A stretch of 63,548 nt of DNA, counting the filler, from Conidiobolus incongruus B7586 (Eukaryota), in NCBI GenBank assembly GCA_000697335.1. It is 8 parts of 8 records of this genome, joined end to end, with 100 filler letters (N's around TTAATTAATTAA, not from the genome) between each part and the next. Parts side by side here need not be neighbours in the genome. Positions count along the whole stretch, not along the records: positions 1 to 14,522 come from JNEM01000117.1; positions 14,623 to 25,703 come from JNEM01000118.1; positions 25,804 to 37,070 come from JNEM01000119.1; 5 more parts are not named here. One strand, given 5' to 3'. The notes below the pieces were generated by a model. It was given only the letters and a program-made list of their open reading frames with translations. It was not told the origin of the DNA and did not search any database. Below are positions 14,155 to 28,438 of this stretch, in pieces (the first letter of the stretch is position 1; each line of letters begins with the position of its first letter). A program made the translations under genes and the position numbers.

Positions 14155-14520
14155 ATTAATATTTTTTTTATTATCAATAGCTTATTGCTATATATTTAAT
14201 AAACTTTTAATATTTAAAAAATCATTCTTTTTATTAAAAATTAAAATTTTATGTTTTATAAACTAATAATAATTATTTGTAAATATTTTCTTTTTTATAA
14301 GCTAATTTTTTAATTACTTAACCCAATTATAATTAAGTAGGTTATAATCTAGTGAATATATTAAATATAACAGTTCTTTTTAATTATTTTTAATTATAAA
14401 TTTTATTATCACTATATATATTATATAAATTTATAAATATCTTTAAAATATATTATTATAATAATTAAGCATAGTTTAAATTAAAAGAACTATATAAAAT
14501 TTAATATAGACTAATTTTTT
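14155..14520 (-). mobile_element. Degenerate Tc1/mariner transposase relic (copy 2), cut by gap
   Basis: Minus strand reads N*KELLYLIYSLDYNLLNYNWVK*LKN*LIKKKIF...FIKHKILIFNKKNDFLNIKSLLNI*Q*AIDNK, aligning to mariner LPHPPYSPD..D and LP.RWQ.VIDN motifs and to copy 1. Confidence 0.65.
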
Positions 14521-14522
14521 CA

Positions 14523-14622
14523 NNNNNNNNNNNNNNNNNNNNNNNNNNNNNNNNNNNNNNNNNNNNTTAATTAATTAANNNNNNNNNNNNNNNNNNNNNN
14601 NNNNNNNNNNNNNNNNNNNNNN
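14523..14622. other. Assembly spacer (44 N + TTAATTAATTAA + 44 N)
   Basis: The identical 100-nt construct recurs at 25704-25803, 37071-37170, 45854-45953, 54658-54757, 57120-57219 and 61402-61501. The 12-mer places stop codons in all six frames. Confidence 0.98.
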
Positions 14623-17600
14623 ATTAATTATTATAATTATTAATCAAATAATCTATTTCTATTATATTCAAGATTAATTATAAAATTCAATATAAATATA
14701 ATGAAATCTATTTGGATTAACTAATTATATTTTAATTTTTATAAAAATAATATATTATCAAAGTTATAAAAATTATAAAAAAAATTTAAAATATAATTAT
14801 TTTATAATATAATAAAATAATAATATAGTTGGATATTTATCAAAACCAAAATTAAATATAAACTAATGATAATTTAATATCTTTAATAAATAAATTGATA
14901 GAAATGACTCAAATAATTCAAATATGATATATTAATATAATTTAAAAAAAATAAGAATATAATGAACTAAACTTTAAAAACTTATCAAAGAATATAAAGC
15001 AATTATTTTGAAAAAAATATTATAAATTATATATTGATTTAATTTAAATAAAATTAAGCCTAATATCTTATTTGATATATAACCTAAAGTAGTCTAAAGA
15101 ATTGGAATATGACATATATTGATAATATAATGATGAACACATAATCAAATTTATATCAATTTTATATGTATACTGTTTAAATTTGAGAGTTGTTTAATGT
15201 TTATTGGATAAATTGTCATCATGTTTTATTATTTTGAAATTGGAAAATTGTCAAATAATCCTGTAGAATATAAACTCGAATATATATAATAATTCTGTTT
15301 TTAAAATATCGAATATACTGATCTAACTTAATAAGCTGATTTAATTATTAGTGTTGATTGGATAATTATGTGGCTAATAAAATATAAATTTAATTAAACA
15401 AATCCGATAATAAATAGTTGAAAATTAATCACTCATAAATATATTTTTTCTAAATAAATTAATCAATATTTTCAAATTATAACCCAAAGGCTGAGAAAAT
15501 AATAAAACAATCTAGTCCTTTGACAAATAATATTCATTTTAATATATAACCAATAAAAAGTAAAAATCTGATGAACAATATAAACCGCATTTATGGAATT
15601 AAATCTAGAATCAATAATATTTTTTGATGTGAGAAAAATTTTAATTAAAAAGTTTGAATATACTGATAATTGATGTGTTTGTCGTAACTTTGAATGAGTT
15701 GAAAATATATGAAAATTTAATAATTATTAACAGCCTATTTTCATGAAAAATAGATGGGTATTTAGCAAAAATTTATCAAATTTTGAAGATTTTATTTATT
15801 TCTAATCAAGAGTAAAATCAACAATTGGTAAATTGGATCATGTTGAAATGAAAATTTTATCCTAACAATAGCTCGCTATAATATAAAATTTGAATAATAA
15901 AGTAGCGAAAATATATTAAAAAATCGTACATAATAATTAATATAATGGTCATAATGAATATAAAAAACAAATATACAACTTTGGTAATTGCAACTAAGTA
16001 ATAAAATAAATTGGGTTAGAATTAAATCGGGATAGAGACTGGTCAGATTATACAATTTAATTTGGTGAAATATATATCTATTCATGAAAAATAGAAACTA
16101 TTTAAGTTTAATAAAAATAAACCTTTTAAGGAAATCGTATTAACTGATGAAAAACCAGTGTTATTGGTAGTAATGCCAACTCAAATTTAAAAATAGATTT
16201 GCAAGAATTTAAAGTATATCAAATATAATTGTTTCAAACAATTAACTACTCATATTATACTTAATATAGATTATCATATTTTAAATTTGATGAATATATA
16301 AAAATAGGAGTATTGTAATTTATTAAATTTATTATAAATAATAGCTTAATACTTCAATAAATGCTATAATGACTGTGTCAAATATTATACATTATATATA
16401 TATATATATATATAACTAATGCTTTTAACACATTTGTTTAATCAAAATTAAATTTTATTAATGAATATATTATTATATAGAAAAACATTATAATATTTAA
16501 TCATTGAAAGACTTGAAATAATTTTATTTAACATCCTATTAATTATAAGTGTCCAAAATCTGATAGAATTATGCTTTCTAAATTGAGTATCTTATTGATT
16601 TTTAATTTTATCTAGTATTTAACGGAGTTATTTTAACAGTTTGAGATAAAGCACAGTCATTTGTAGTAGTATATTAAATCAAAATATTATTATAACTAAT
16701 TATTAAAATATAAAAATAATCTTAAATTTCATATTATTAATAATATTCTTTTGCATCAAAAAATTATTTAGTTTTAAAATGAAATATAATATTAATATAG
16801 AATAAATTAACTAATATTAAATTAATATCCTTTATAAAATTACTTAGTTTTAATAAAATAAATACAGTGATAATATTTTATCAGAAACAAAAAAACATAT
16901 CGAATTACTAATTAATTTAAAAATAAACCTAAAAGAAATTTCGATCATTATTAATAATGCTAACAAATAAGAATAAAAATTGTATGGTTTGATAAATTTG
17001 AGATCGATTTCTAACAAGGGACCAATTTGGAATTTATGAATGCAGCCAAAACAAAATATTGATAATCCCTTGAATATTAAATGCTTCTAAATTTAATAAA
17101 TATCAAGGAATTAATAATTAAATTGATATTAGGTACTCCTAACCCTTTGACAAGATAAACCCCTTAGACCCTCAATAAGTAGGATAATTTATTATGATTA
17201 CTTATTTGAATTATATTTAATTCTAATCATCCAATATTTGAATAGCCAAATTCAATCCCTTTTTTAATCCAATTTGTATCTCCTGAGTTGTGATTATTAA
17301 AATCTGATTCCTTAAATAAATTAATAAATTAATCAATTAATCAATCAATCAATTCAGAATTGCGAGCTAAGGCTAGACAATTATCCCAGCAATATATTGG
17401 GAATACAAATATTTGTTTATTTTTAATACTTTTAATAAAAGGAAATATGTGAGTAAAATGAATTATTTCCTGATTTGGTTAGTTTTTGAATGAGATTACC
17501 TGATTCATTCTGACATTTGACAAATTTAATTTATATTAATAATACAGTTGGGAAAGGGATTGGGTAGATTGCCCAACTTTGGGAAATAGTTTTATTAATA

Positions 17601-17957
17601 ATTAATAATGAGTCGATTTAGTTTGAATGAGTGTTACGCTTTAAGACTCGATGAGATATTAGTGTTCTCAATTAAGGAAATACCCAAGATATTAAACCTG
17701 GCGAATGATCTTGCAAGTTTTAAACAGTCTCTACTGCAAAAACCAGTTTGACTAAGCCTTACTACATGTTACTATAACAAATACTGCTCCACAGATGCAT
17801 TGGATGAAACCCCAAAGTTATCAAATTAATTATTTCCATAATTAAAATAAATTAAATTTTTTATTGAGCAATATTTACAATATTGATTTATATTATTTGT
17901 TGATATAATATTCACAAGATAAAAACAATATAAACCAATAAGCAGTTACTAAATAAT

Positions 17958-18938
17958 TTACATTTGAAGCCAAGGATGATTTTGAATTTCCTCGAAAGAG
18001 GTTCGATTGTTTGGTTGAATGGCGAGCATGCGTTCCAAGAGATCGCGACATTCAGATGAAAGGTATTTTGGAGTTTCAAGAGGCTTGGTGAGCATCTCTT
18101 GGTATGAAGAGAAAGGGCGATGACCGCAGAGAAGAGAGAAGAGCATTACGCCCATTGACCAAGTGTCAGAAGCTTCTGGTCTGTAGGGCTGAACCCAGTA
18201 GGTTTCGGGGGCAGCAAAAGCGGGGGTGCCACCAAAGTCCAAAAGAGTTCCATCGGGGTAACGAGAGGGTGGCATATGCTCAGAAGCGCCAAAGTCGATT
18301 AGTTTAATATTCAAATCTTTATCAATAGCAATGTTTTCGTCTTTTATATCACAGTGAAAGATATTCCTTTGTTTCATATAAATCATCGCAGAGATCAATT
18401 GTCTCAAAATAGTTTTTCCTTGTTCTTCAGTCAAGTTCCCATTGACTTCGAAGAACTCAAAGAGATCTCTAGGATTAGGACTGTCGTTGGATGAAGATGT
18501 GTTCCATTCGGATCCTACCAATTCTTGAATGATGTAGTAATATTCAGAATCATGATAATAGTCAATAAGCTGTGTGAGGTTGGGGTGGTTGAGATGACTT
18601 TGAATGTGGACTTCTCTCGGTATGTAACCAAAAGCAGGATGTGACACGAGCCTGTTGAGAGCAATAGCGTGTTTCGGAATAAATTTGATAGCTACGGAAG
18701 CATTAGTAATAGTGTTGACGGCCTGCATCACTACACCATTTGCACCCCTACCAAGTAGTTTTTCAAGTTTGTATTCTTTAAATGCGCTAGGTAGTGTCGG
18801 GCAGAAAGGAAAAAGATTAGGATGATGAATTGATGGAGGCGCTATTGAAGAAGCTTTTTGTGAACTTGGAGTATTATTTGAAGAGGCAGAAGTAGAGTCT
18901 GCGCGATGAGTATTGGAAATGGCAACAGAAACCATCAT
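17958..18938 (-). CDS. Ser/Thr protein kinase, CAMK group, PIM/PASK-like
   Basis: Intronless ORF with LGRGANGVV, VAIKFI, PREV, HCDIKDENI, LIDFG, GTPAFAAPE, DTWSMGV and HPWL. DIKDEN is the PIM/PASK signature. Confidence 0.92.
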   Translation of the reverse strand: MMVSVAISNTHRADSTSASSNNTPSSQKASSIAPPSIHHPNLFPFCPTLPSAFKEYKLEKLLGRGANGVVMQAVNTITNASVAIKFIPKHAIALNRLVSHPAFGYIPREVHIQSHLNHPNLTQLIDYYHDSEYYYIIQELVGSEWNTSSSNDSPNPRDLFEFFEVNGNLTEEQGKTILRQLISAMIYMKQRNIFHCDIKDENIAIDKDLNIKLIDFGASEHMPPSRYPDGTLLDFGGTPAFAAPETYWVQPYRPEASDTWSMGVMLFSLLCGHRPFSSYQEMLTKPLETPKYLSSECRDLLERMLAIQPNNRTSFEEIQNHPWLQM

Positions 18939-21900
18939 TTTTTTGAATGAATCAAATAAATAAGTTATTAATTATGAAGAAGGAAAGAAATAAGTTTTTA
19001 TAGATAATGGCAAAATTAGTTTAATTCAATAAACTCGCAATCAAAAGCAGGAATGGATCGAGCGATTGAAGACTATTTGTTAAAAAGTACGAAAATAAAA
19101 AAGATAAAATTTAGTAATCAGAATTTGAACTTGAAGGGGTTTATATAGTCTGAAAAGAGAGTGGTGGGTGAAAATTGATTGTCTCAGATTGAAATTAAGC
19201 ATCCCAATTTGTCAGCTTAATATTTGAGCATGATTGTATTAGCCCTATTTAGCAATATCCATTCATTAAATTTGAATATGATAAATTCTCTTACAGTCCA
19301 ATCATCATCCTCTACTCCACCCTCAGTCTACCTCAAATTTCTATTGATCAAAATGAAACTTGTACCTGAGGCCAAATAGATCTTATACCCCGATAACAGT
19401 AATCAAATTTAATTAATACAGTAGCTGATTTATCTGCTTTTCAAACCTTATATTTGCCTTGCATCCAATCCCCTTCGTCCACGAATAGCTTTCTGAATCA
19501 AAAATACTCAATTCAGATCCTAAAGAGTCACAGCCACCCAATTCAGAAACTTTAGAATATTAAAATCCCAAACCTCGATACATTAGACCAAATTAACATT
19601 CACACATTCATATGTAATAACCTTCAGCTATCACAGGTGACTGAATGCTTGTAATGCCATAGATTAGACCTCTGGTAATGTACCCAAGTTTTAGGTGAAT
19701 TTACTCCATTATGAAACCTAATTTTTCTATATCAATAATTAGACTATCAGACAGCATAAATTACTTCGATTACTATTTTCAAACCTATTTATTAAATCCC
19801 ATTGCCAGTAACATAATATATTTGTTGCCAAATTTTGATTGATCAATAGTGATCATAAATTTATTAGTTGTAACAAACCAAAAAATATTTTCAGCGGCTA
19901 AGATGACTATTGAAAGCTTTACCATTTTAGGTCAAGGAATAAAGCCCGCCAAAGTTGTCCACTTATCCGATTAGCCAGTTGCATTAATTTTATCAATAAT
20001 TGGATGAATTTTTCTTTTTATTAAATTTTAAAATTTATTTCTAATTCAATTTGAATAAAATTTTTATTATGATTAATAATCATTAAAAATATAAATAAAT
20101 TAAATATAATAAAAGAATTTTTATATAACTAATTAACTTTTTAAAAAAAAATAATAATAATATAACCTAATATCCAAATATATAGTTGATTTAATTATAT
20201 TCCAAAGAATCAAATATATTCTTCTAATTATATCCTTTAAATCAAAATTCAAAATTCAAAATTCAAAATTGCCAAATATTTTAAAATATATGCTAAAAAT
20301 TGAGGTAATAAAATAAATAGTGACAGATTAACCTCAAATTAGGTGAAGTTCGGATGGATTCGGAGGTACATTTTCCTTTTTCGGAAAGTTCACTTTCTTG
20401 GTTATATGCATTATATTATTTATTTGGTAAACCGGCGTTATACAAAATAAATTTGGTGTGATTTTGAGGTAAGCATTGACTTATGAAATAGCCTATCCAT
20501 AGTGTGAAGCCAACTAAAAACCCATTAGGCTTTTTTACCTTAATTAATTGCGTATTAGCTAATAAAAGTACAAAAGGGAGTTATCCGCAGAGATTAGTAA
20601 ACCCGAGATTCAATAAGTTATATTATTAAAATACTATAATTTAATACCTTTAAAACTAAGGAAAAAACATACTATGACATATAAAGATAATCACTGACCT
20701 ACGCAAAAGTTTCAATAAGCTACAATGCATAATCGGGAAATCTTTAAATCTACAATTGAACATGTGAAAAGCATTCCAAAAACACATTGAATAATTAACT
20801 AAAAATTCAATGCCTGAAATAAGTTTTAAAACAATTCAAGGTTGATAATATCTCTCTTATCCAAAATATTGAATCAATTCTAAATATTGCCATAAATAAA
20901 TTCAAACTCTCATTCATAACAAAATATATTTTTACCAAATGTTTAACACTTTATTTCTTTGTTGTTTATTTAATGTATCATTATCCCATTAGATTTTAAT
21001 TTAATTAATATTCAATGAGATATTTAAAATTTTAATTAAAGATTATAACTATAATATGGCTATTTTCTATTACAATTTGGTGTTAAATTTATTTATTTTC
21101 AAGTATTATTAATGGAAGACTGGGTTATATAATTGAATCATTCAATAAACTCATATTCAAAATATTATAAAATATAATTATATTTGATAATTAATTAAAA
21201 TGATAATGATTAATTATAAATATTTTTTATAATATACATATTCTAGTCAACTTGTCAAGTGATTTTTCAAAGTTCCTAATAAAGATTCATGCAAATATGC
21301 TCTGAGATTATTGAAATTATCCTCAATATTTTTAGATAATATTATAATAAATATAAACGTAAATGGGCTCAACATTACAGATAGCATCAATTTATTTTAT
21401 CTACTCAAAATATCAATATAAAATATAAACTATAAAAAATATATTAACAAATTTGCAAAAGTCAATAACTTCAAAAAGATTTTTTTTAAGTCATAATATT
21501 AAAATCCTTCGATAATTATATCAAAATCAATTCATTTAGATTTATGATATCATAGCTAGCATATCTTATAATGCTCATCCATTTAATTTAAATATAAACT
21601 TACCCATTTTCCAGCATAAATTTCATTTACAAACTTTGAAAAGATTATATTTATAATTGGATAAAATTTTAATTTTTCAATAAAAAAAATTGGTAAATTT
21701 GTATATGTTAAATTTATGTCGTTATAATCTCCGTTTAATATAAATGAAAGGTATTTTTAATCCATATAATTTAATTAAAAAAATTTATACTTTAATGCAT
21801 TATTTTCATTTCTTTATTATTATTTGTTCTATTATTTTTTTTTCAAAAAAAATTTAATATTTTTACAATTAATTTATTAGAGTTAAACTATATTATTATA

Positions 21901-22544
21901 TTTTATGTAAATTTAATGTAGCTAATAATAATAATAATAATAAGACAATTGAAGTAAACTAAATCCCATAGTAATTAACACAAATTTAGGATAATAGAAT
22001 AATATCCAATATGGTGAGTGAATAAGAATAATTTGTATGAATTTACCATTTATTGATTTTATTAATGGTATCATAACGTGGTCAATCAGGTAATTAAAAT
22101 AATTAAATTCATTTTTTCACCTTTAATTTTAAAGGATAATGATTTGGTGATATTTTTGTTAGGTTAGTCCAATTTTGATAACGGATTTGGTTATATTTCA
22201 TGTATACCAAATTATGATTATAATTCTAGTTTAACTATTTTAGTATTTAATATCAATATATTATATTATTTAAATTGGTTTTCGTTTGATTAAAATTGAA
22301 TAACATTAAAATTGGTGTATAGAATATTAAGAATGCATTATTCGTTAGAAATAAAATCTTGAAAATAAATCAATTAATTTCGTTTTTTTATAAGTAACAC
22401 TCAAATAATAGTATTAGGAAGTTATATCCAAAAAGATCATAAAGGAACAAATAATAATAAATGACAATATTTTTCTATAAATAATCTATTCAAATCTAAT
22501 TTATTCGAATTTAAATGAAAGATTGTACAAATAGCACCAACCCA

Positions 22545-23194
22545 TTAGTTGAAGCCCAAACCAAGACGCTTTCCCTTTTTAAAAGCTTGGGACATGGATA
22601 GGCCTTGATTGAATTGCTTTTCTAAATTATCTTTCAAATCTTGTTCCTTGTCTTTACTCTCAGTACCTTTAAAAAATTTTTGAAATTTATTGGAATCGTT
22701 GCCACCTTTAATACCCATTAGTTTCATAAATTTTTGTTGTTTTTGATTCGTTATTTCGTCATTATTATTGATTACTTCGGTTGTATTGGGATTAGAATGA
22801 ATAACGAATTCGTCATCGGGTTCAATAGTCTATAAAATTTAAATATTAAAATTAATATTTGAAAAGAATTAATAATTTCAACAACTTACTTGCTTAGTCG
22901 AAGTATTTTCAATTGGTTTATCTTCTTTAGGTTCTTTATTCTTTTTATCCTTTTTAGATTTTTTCTCTTTCTTTTCTTTTTTAGATTTTTTAGGAGGTAA
23001 TTCAGATTTAATTTCAACTTTATCAACTTTCTTTAATTTCTTCAATTTTTTCTCTTTTTTATCTTTTTTTTCTTTCTTTTCCTTTTTAGACTTTAAACCT
23101 AAAAAAAATTATTTTTTTTTAATTTAATAATATTTTAAAATTAAAATTCTTTATTTAATTTACTTTTATCTTTAATTATTTTATTTGATTCCAT
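22545..23194 (-). CDS. Lysine-rich protein with C-terminal SMAP (small acidic protein) domain
   Basis: ATG 23194, introns 23163..23099 and 22889..22830, KKEKK-rich middle exon. C-terminus KFMKLMGIKGG...LEKQFNQG...RLGLGFN is the SMAP pattern. Confidence 0.8.
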
Positions 23195-23270
23195 TGTTAT
23201 TATCTTGTGATGATTTAGGACTAAAAAAATTAAATCAGATTAATTTATATTATTAATTTATTCTCGAAAT

Positions 23271-23280
23271 ATTATGGGAT
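23271..23280 (-). promoter_or_regulatory. Recurrent upstream motif ATCCCATAAT (SMAP gene)
   Basis: ATTATGGGAT on + strand, 77 nt upstream of ATG 23194. Confidence 0.6.
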
Positions 23281-23639
23281 GGAAATATCTCTGAAAAATA
23301 ATTCTCAAATTGAATAGTAGTATGTTTTGATATGGAATTTGGATTATGATCCTATATTAATATAGCTTTGAATCTCAATATTATCTTATATGATTGTATA
23401 AATCAAACAATTCGTTTTTTATTTATAACCCATCTTAAAGTAAAAATTCTATTCTTCAATAGCTTCATTAAATTACATTATTTATTACCAATCTTTTAAA
23501 AATAATCTAATTAGATTATTCAATTGGTGTTAAAACAATAATTGATTTTATTAGAGTTTTCTAGATCGATTATTTATTTAATCGAACAATAATATGTGAT
23601 TAAACAAAAAAGTATTTAATTGATTAAAATAACCGTAAT

Positions 23640-24400
23640 TTGAATTTCATAGAATTGTGAGAAATAATGATTAAATTCAAAATAGCTAATGTTTTATAAT
23701 ATCTATGTAATTCCATTAATAATAATAATTACTGAAATATTAATTACATGAAATTTTATAATATCATACAGGGGTAGCATTTAGCTAATTAACGCCTAAG
23801 CATATAATACAATCTTCAACTTTTATAATTAATCCATAATCTAAACCTCGGAATCATAAGCAATACTTATTATGCCATAAATTTATTTGACAAAACTTAA
23901 ATAATATCAAATAACAAAATTATTTGCATCATATAATAAATATATAATAATATTGGAGTCTTCAGGCGTTTTAATGCATTTGTATTTATGAGATTAATAA
24001 TGCTATTAATCAATAATAAATATTATATTAATGTTAAACAATATTGGAGGTAATTTTTATCCCTAGAATATGATAATTAATTTATAGCATTAATGAAAAT
24101 GAATAATATCAAATTATCCTCTATTGGACTGCTAAATGGAAATATTGATGATGAAAGTTTAAGATTTATATGCATTATTGCTGCCCAAATTAATGTTCGG
24201 AGTAATAATAATAAACCAGTATATATTATTAAATTTGGATATTGTGGTTTATAATAGAAAAATTATAAAGATTACATAACTAATTTTCACAAAATAAACA
24301 AATAATTTTAAATAATTATTTATTGTACCGAATTTATTAATATTCAGTAGGATTTATTTATATTAATTAAATTTCGCAAATGATTAACCTATTATGAGCC
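23640..24400 (-). pseudogene. Possible decayed multi-pass (GPCR-like) membrane protein gene
   Basis: Successive hydrophobic fragments in broken frames (YPNLIIYTGLLLLLRTLIWA, DNLILFIFINAIN, ALKRLKTPILLYIYYMMQIILLF). Family assignment weak. Confidence 0.25.
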
Positions 24401-27400
24401 ATTTTATTTCAAATTCTCTGTTACATTTCAAATCAAATAAATGAATTAAAAATCAGTATTAAATTTGACTATGCTTTATTATCATATTTCATGATGACTT
24501 TCTTACTATCCCCGAGGGAATTTCGCATGTTTTTATATTATAAATTCATTTAATTTTCATATAGTTTAAATATATTAACCGAATTTGAACTGTGATTATT
24601 ATGGATAAAATATCATTTGCTAATTATAAAAATTGCTAAAATTTGAATATTTTGATCCAAATCAAACCATTTTTTTTCAATAACAAATCATTTCTTAATT
24701 TTAAATAATTACAAATTATTTAATTATTTATAAAAAAATTATTAGTTGAAATATCCCCCGATTACTTTAATTTCAAATTATTAATCAATTTCACCGGTTT
24801 CAAATCAAATTACTCATATTTTTTAGAAATATAATTCTTTAAATAATGATAAACTTATGACATCATATCTTCATCAAAATTATTTTTTTAATTTGAAAAT
24901 AAAATAAACCCGAATATTTTTTGAAATATATTTATTATTATTATTATTATTAAAAAGATTTAAATAAACTTGCTGATATACTTTTATTACTAAAAATTTG
25001 ATAATTATTTAATATTACATAATTTATTAAAATTGATAATTTGAATTAAATTCAATTCATTCAATAATAAATTAAAAATTAATTTCTCATAATAATGAGC
25101 TTAGATTTTGAGCCTTTTTAATATATACATTATTTTTCAAAGAATTTTAAATTTCAATTATAAAATATTCTCTTTTATCACAATATAAAGTAATCTTGAA
25201 ACATATTTAATTCATATAATTTATTATAAAGTAGTTTCTTATTATCAGAAAAAATAATATTATAGTTCTTCACAAATCATTGTTGTATTATATACTTATC
25301 AATTTTATTGAATACAAATTTTTATTTAATATATTATACTTGATATTCATATTTCTATTTAAAGTTTTAATAAAATATTAAAAGTTTCATGGAGGCTCAA
25401 AATGAAAGCTTAATTTTGGTGCACCATATTAAAAATTAAATTTAGAATATAACTTTAATAATTACAGTATTGAAATATTATTTATAATATTTATATTGGT
25501 ATTTCATTAGTTCAAGTCGTATTTTCATTATTATACTCTTTAAAAATATTATATTTGAATCTTTAATATTTATCTTAGTTTAAAGTATTAAATAATAAGT
25601 TTTAATAGTTTTATTTTAATAAATAAAGCTACAGAAAATAAAAATTAAATATAATTTGATTAAAAACTATTATTATTATTTTGAGTTAATTTACTCAATC
25701 TTTNNNNNNNNNNNNNNNNNNNNNNNNNNNNNNNNNNNNNNNNNNNNTTAATTAATTAANNNNNNNNNNNNNNNNNNNNNNNNNNNNNNNNNNNNNNNNN
25801 NNNATAATTTGTGATTAAATTTTAATTTTCCAAAATTAAAATATCTTAATAGTGATTGTTAGATTTAACTAATTCTATATTGAATATTAAATTTTTAAAA
25901 AATAAAATTTATTTAAAAATAAATAAATTAATATATTTATTATTCAAAAACAAATTCTCATTTATTTATTTAGTTTAATATTAATTTGATAAACTATAAA
26001 TATATATGTAAAACCAATGATTATAAAAATATTATTAATTAATTGCCATAGTAATTTAAAAAATTTATTTATCATCAAGTAGCAAATTAAAGTTTGATAA
26101 TATATATTATAGTTCAATAGCTATTTATAATATAAAGCCATCCTAATATATTATAAATTCATTAAGTCCTTGTTAAATAATTATGGTAATAATTATTTAA
26201 AAACTGAAATGTGTTTTAAGACCACTGATCGGGAATTTTAAAATATATAATTGTGAAAAACAAATAAATTTTGAACTTCATATAATTCAATTGATTGTAT
26301 ATGTTATATAAAATCAAGGCCGTGTTGATGTGTTTGACATAAATTTAACTATTAATACTACCAATAAATGTTAAGTGAGGTATTATATGTAAAAAATAAT
26401 GATATGAAATACATTACTTTAAGAATCCTATTTTACATAATATATCATGGGATACAGATTGAAAAGATATTAAAGTTATTTGATATAACATAAAATATGA
26501 CATTCAAAATTAGTTGAATATAGTTGGCTTACTTTTTCTAATCTGTTTTCTTGAAATACATCAACTTTGAAATATAAATAAATAAACCCATTTTAAAAAT
26601 TATAATAAAGAGAAAAAAATTATTGATTTATTAAAATGTTGTTGAATAAAAAAGCAAAGTTTTACATATATAACTATTTAAAAACATAACTTTCGATCAT
26701 GATTATATTGATTTAGCATTTTATATATTATAATTAAAACTATATTTTTAGGGTAAACATTGCAATATAATTTTTAAATTATTAAGGAAAATTTAACGGA
26801 GATAGGTTCAATATACAAAGGTTTAAAATCTAAGATCTAATATATTGAATAGTAAACTTACTTATTATCATTTAATATATATTAGATTCATTATTATATA
26901 TTCCACATCTGAATTGAAGATAATTTTATATTTCAATTATCTCAATATATTATATATTCATTAAATTATTTTACTTTTATTTTAAAAAATTTCAATTCCA
27001 ATATTAACTGAGATAAATTTCAACAACCATATTTCAATCATATCTGAAACTTTAGTTAAATCAAAAATTATACATTAATAATATATTATACATCATTATA
27101 ATCTCTCATTTTATAATAAATATAAATATATATTTCAATTGTAAAAACGTACCAAATTTCATATCAAAATTGATTTTATTGAATCATATTATATTGAATA
27201 GATTTTATTATCAATTAAAATTAATATCTTAATCAAAATTCACCTGAATCCTTTCCAAAAAGAGATTTTTTTGTATCTCAATTAATCTGAATAATAACTA
27301 TATCTTGTGAGAAATTAAATTCAGTTTTTATTTAATCAGAGATTAATAATCTATATCAGCTTTATCATGATTTTATCTAATGCTATATAATTTACTTAGA

Positions 27401-28438
27401 TATGGAAATCCAATTAATATAAAAATGTGATTATTTAAATATTTATCAAATTACAATAATTAAAAGATGCCCTAATTCTAAAGCAATTCCTGTATTAATC
27501 ATTCGGTTAAAATATTTAACCAAAATAAAATAACTAAACTTTGATTATAGTCCGTTTAATTTCAATGATTCAAGTAATTTTTACAAATTTAATGTTTGAA
27601 AATTGTCAAAGATCACAAGTTTAATACACAAAGATATACAACTTACATATTTAATCATACATGTTATTAGGCGAATATTGTAATATTATACTATTATTTT
27701 GACTGATTAATAAATACTATACAGGTTAGCTATAAAACCAAACAATATTATAAAAAGATTTTTCTGATACTAATGATATGCTTTTGTAATGTATCAAAAA
27801 TTGAGAATTCAATAATCAATTAATTATAATATGAATAAACTGCTGATTACATTCATAATAAAATTTCAAAAATATGATTTTAAAAATAATTATTTCGATA
27901 TAAAATCATAAACTATTAAACTAATTTATATATGTTATAATGATTCAACCAATCTTATACCAAAAAATAAAGTTTCAAAATTCACGAGTATTTTAATCAT
28001 TTTCAACTGCAAATTCAAATATAATACTGGTTTATTGAAACTAATAGCATAAATGAAAAGGCAAATTTAAAATAGGCTTTATCCGCATATTTTGATTTTA
28101 TCATCTTTTTAAAATAGAATAGAATAAAATATTTATTGTAGCTGTTGTTTAAATACTTTAATATAGTTACAAAGTTGTTTTTACTTATTGATAACTATAA
28201 AGTCATATCACTAAAATCACCAATATAATCAATCAAATAAATCGATTTTTGCATGAATAAAATTATTAATTTTGTAAAATAAAATGTGTATAACAAAATT
28301 GATTGGTCCACCATGTTGTGACTTAGCATTCATGCAAATTATTAATAAATTATAAACGATATGATATAAATTGAAGGTTGGAATACTTGAATTCAGTTTT
28401 TTAAATTGTTGAAAAATTTACTAGGTTTTGGCTTATTC

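Noticed and set aside
14567..14578. TTAATTAATTAA recurring seven times inside N runs
   Set aside because: Artificial six-frame-stop linker from scaffolding, not a biological repeat or CRISPR-like array.
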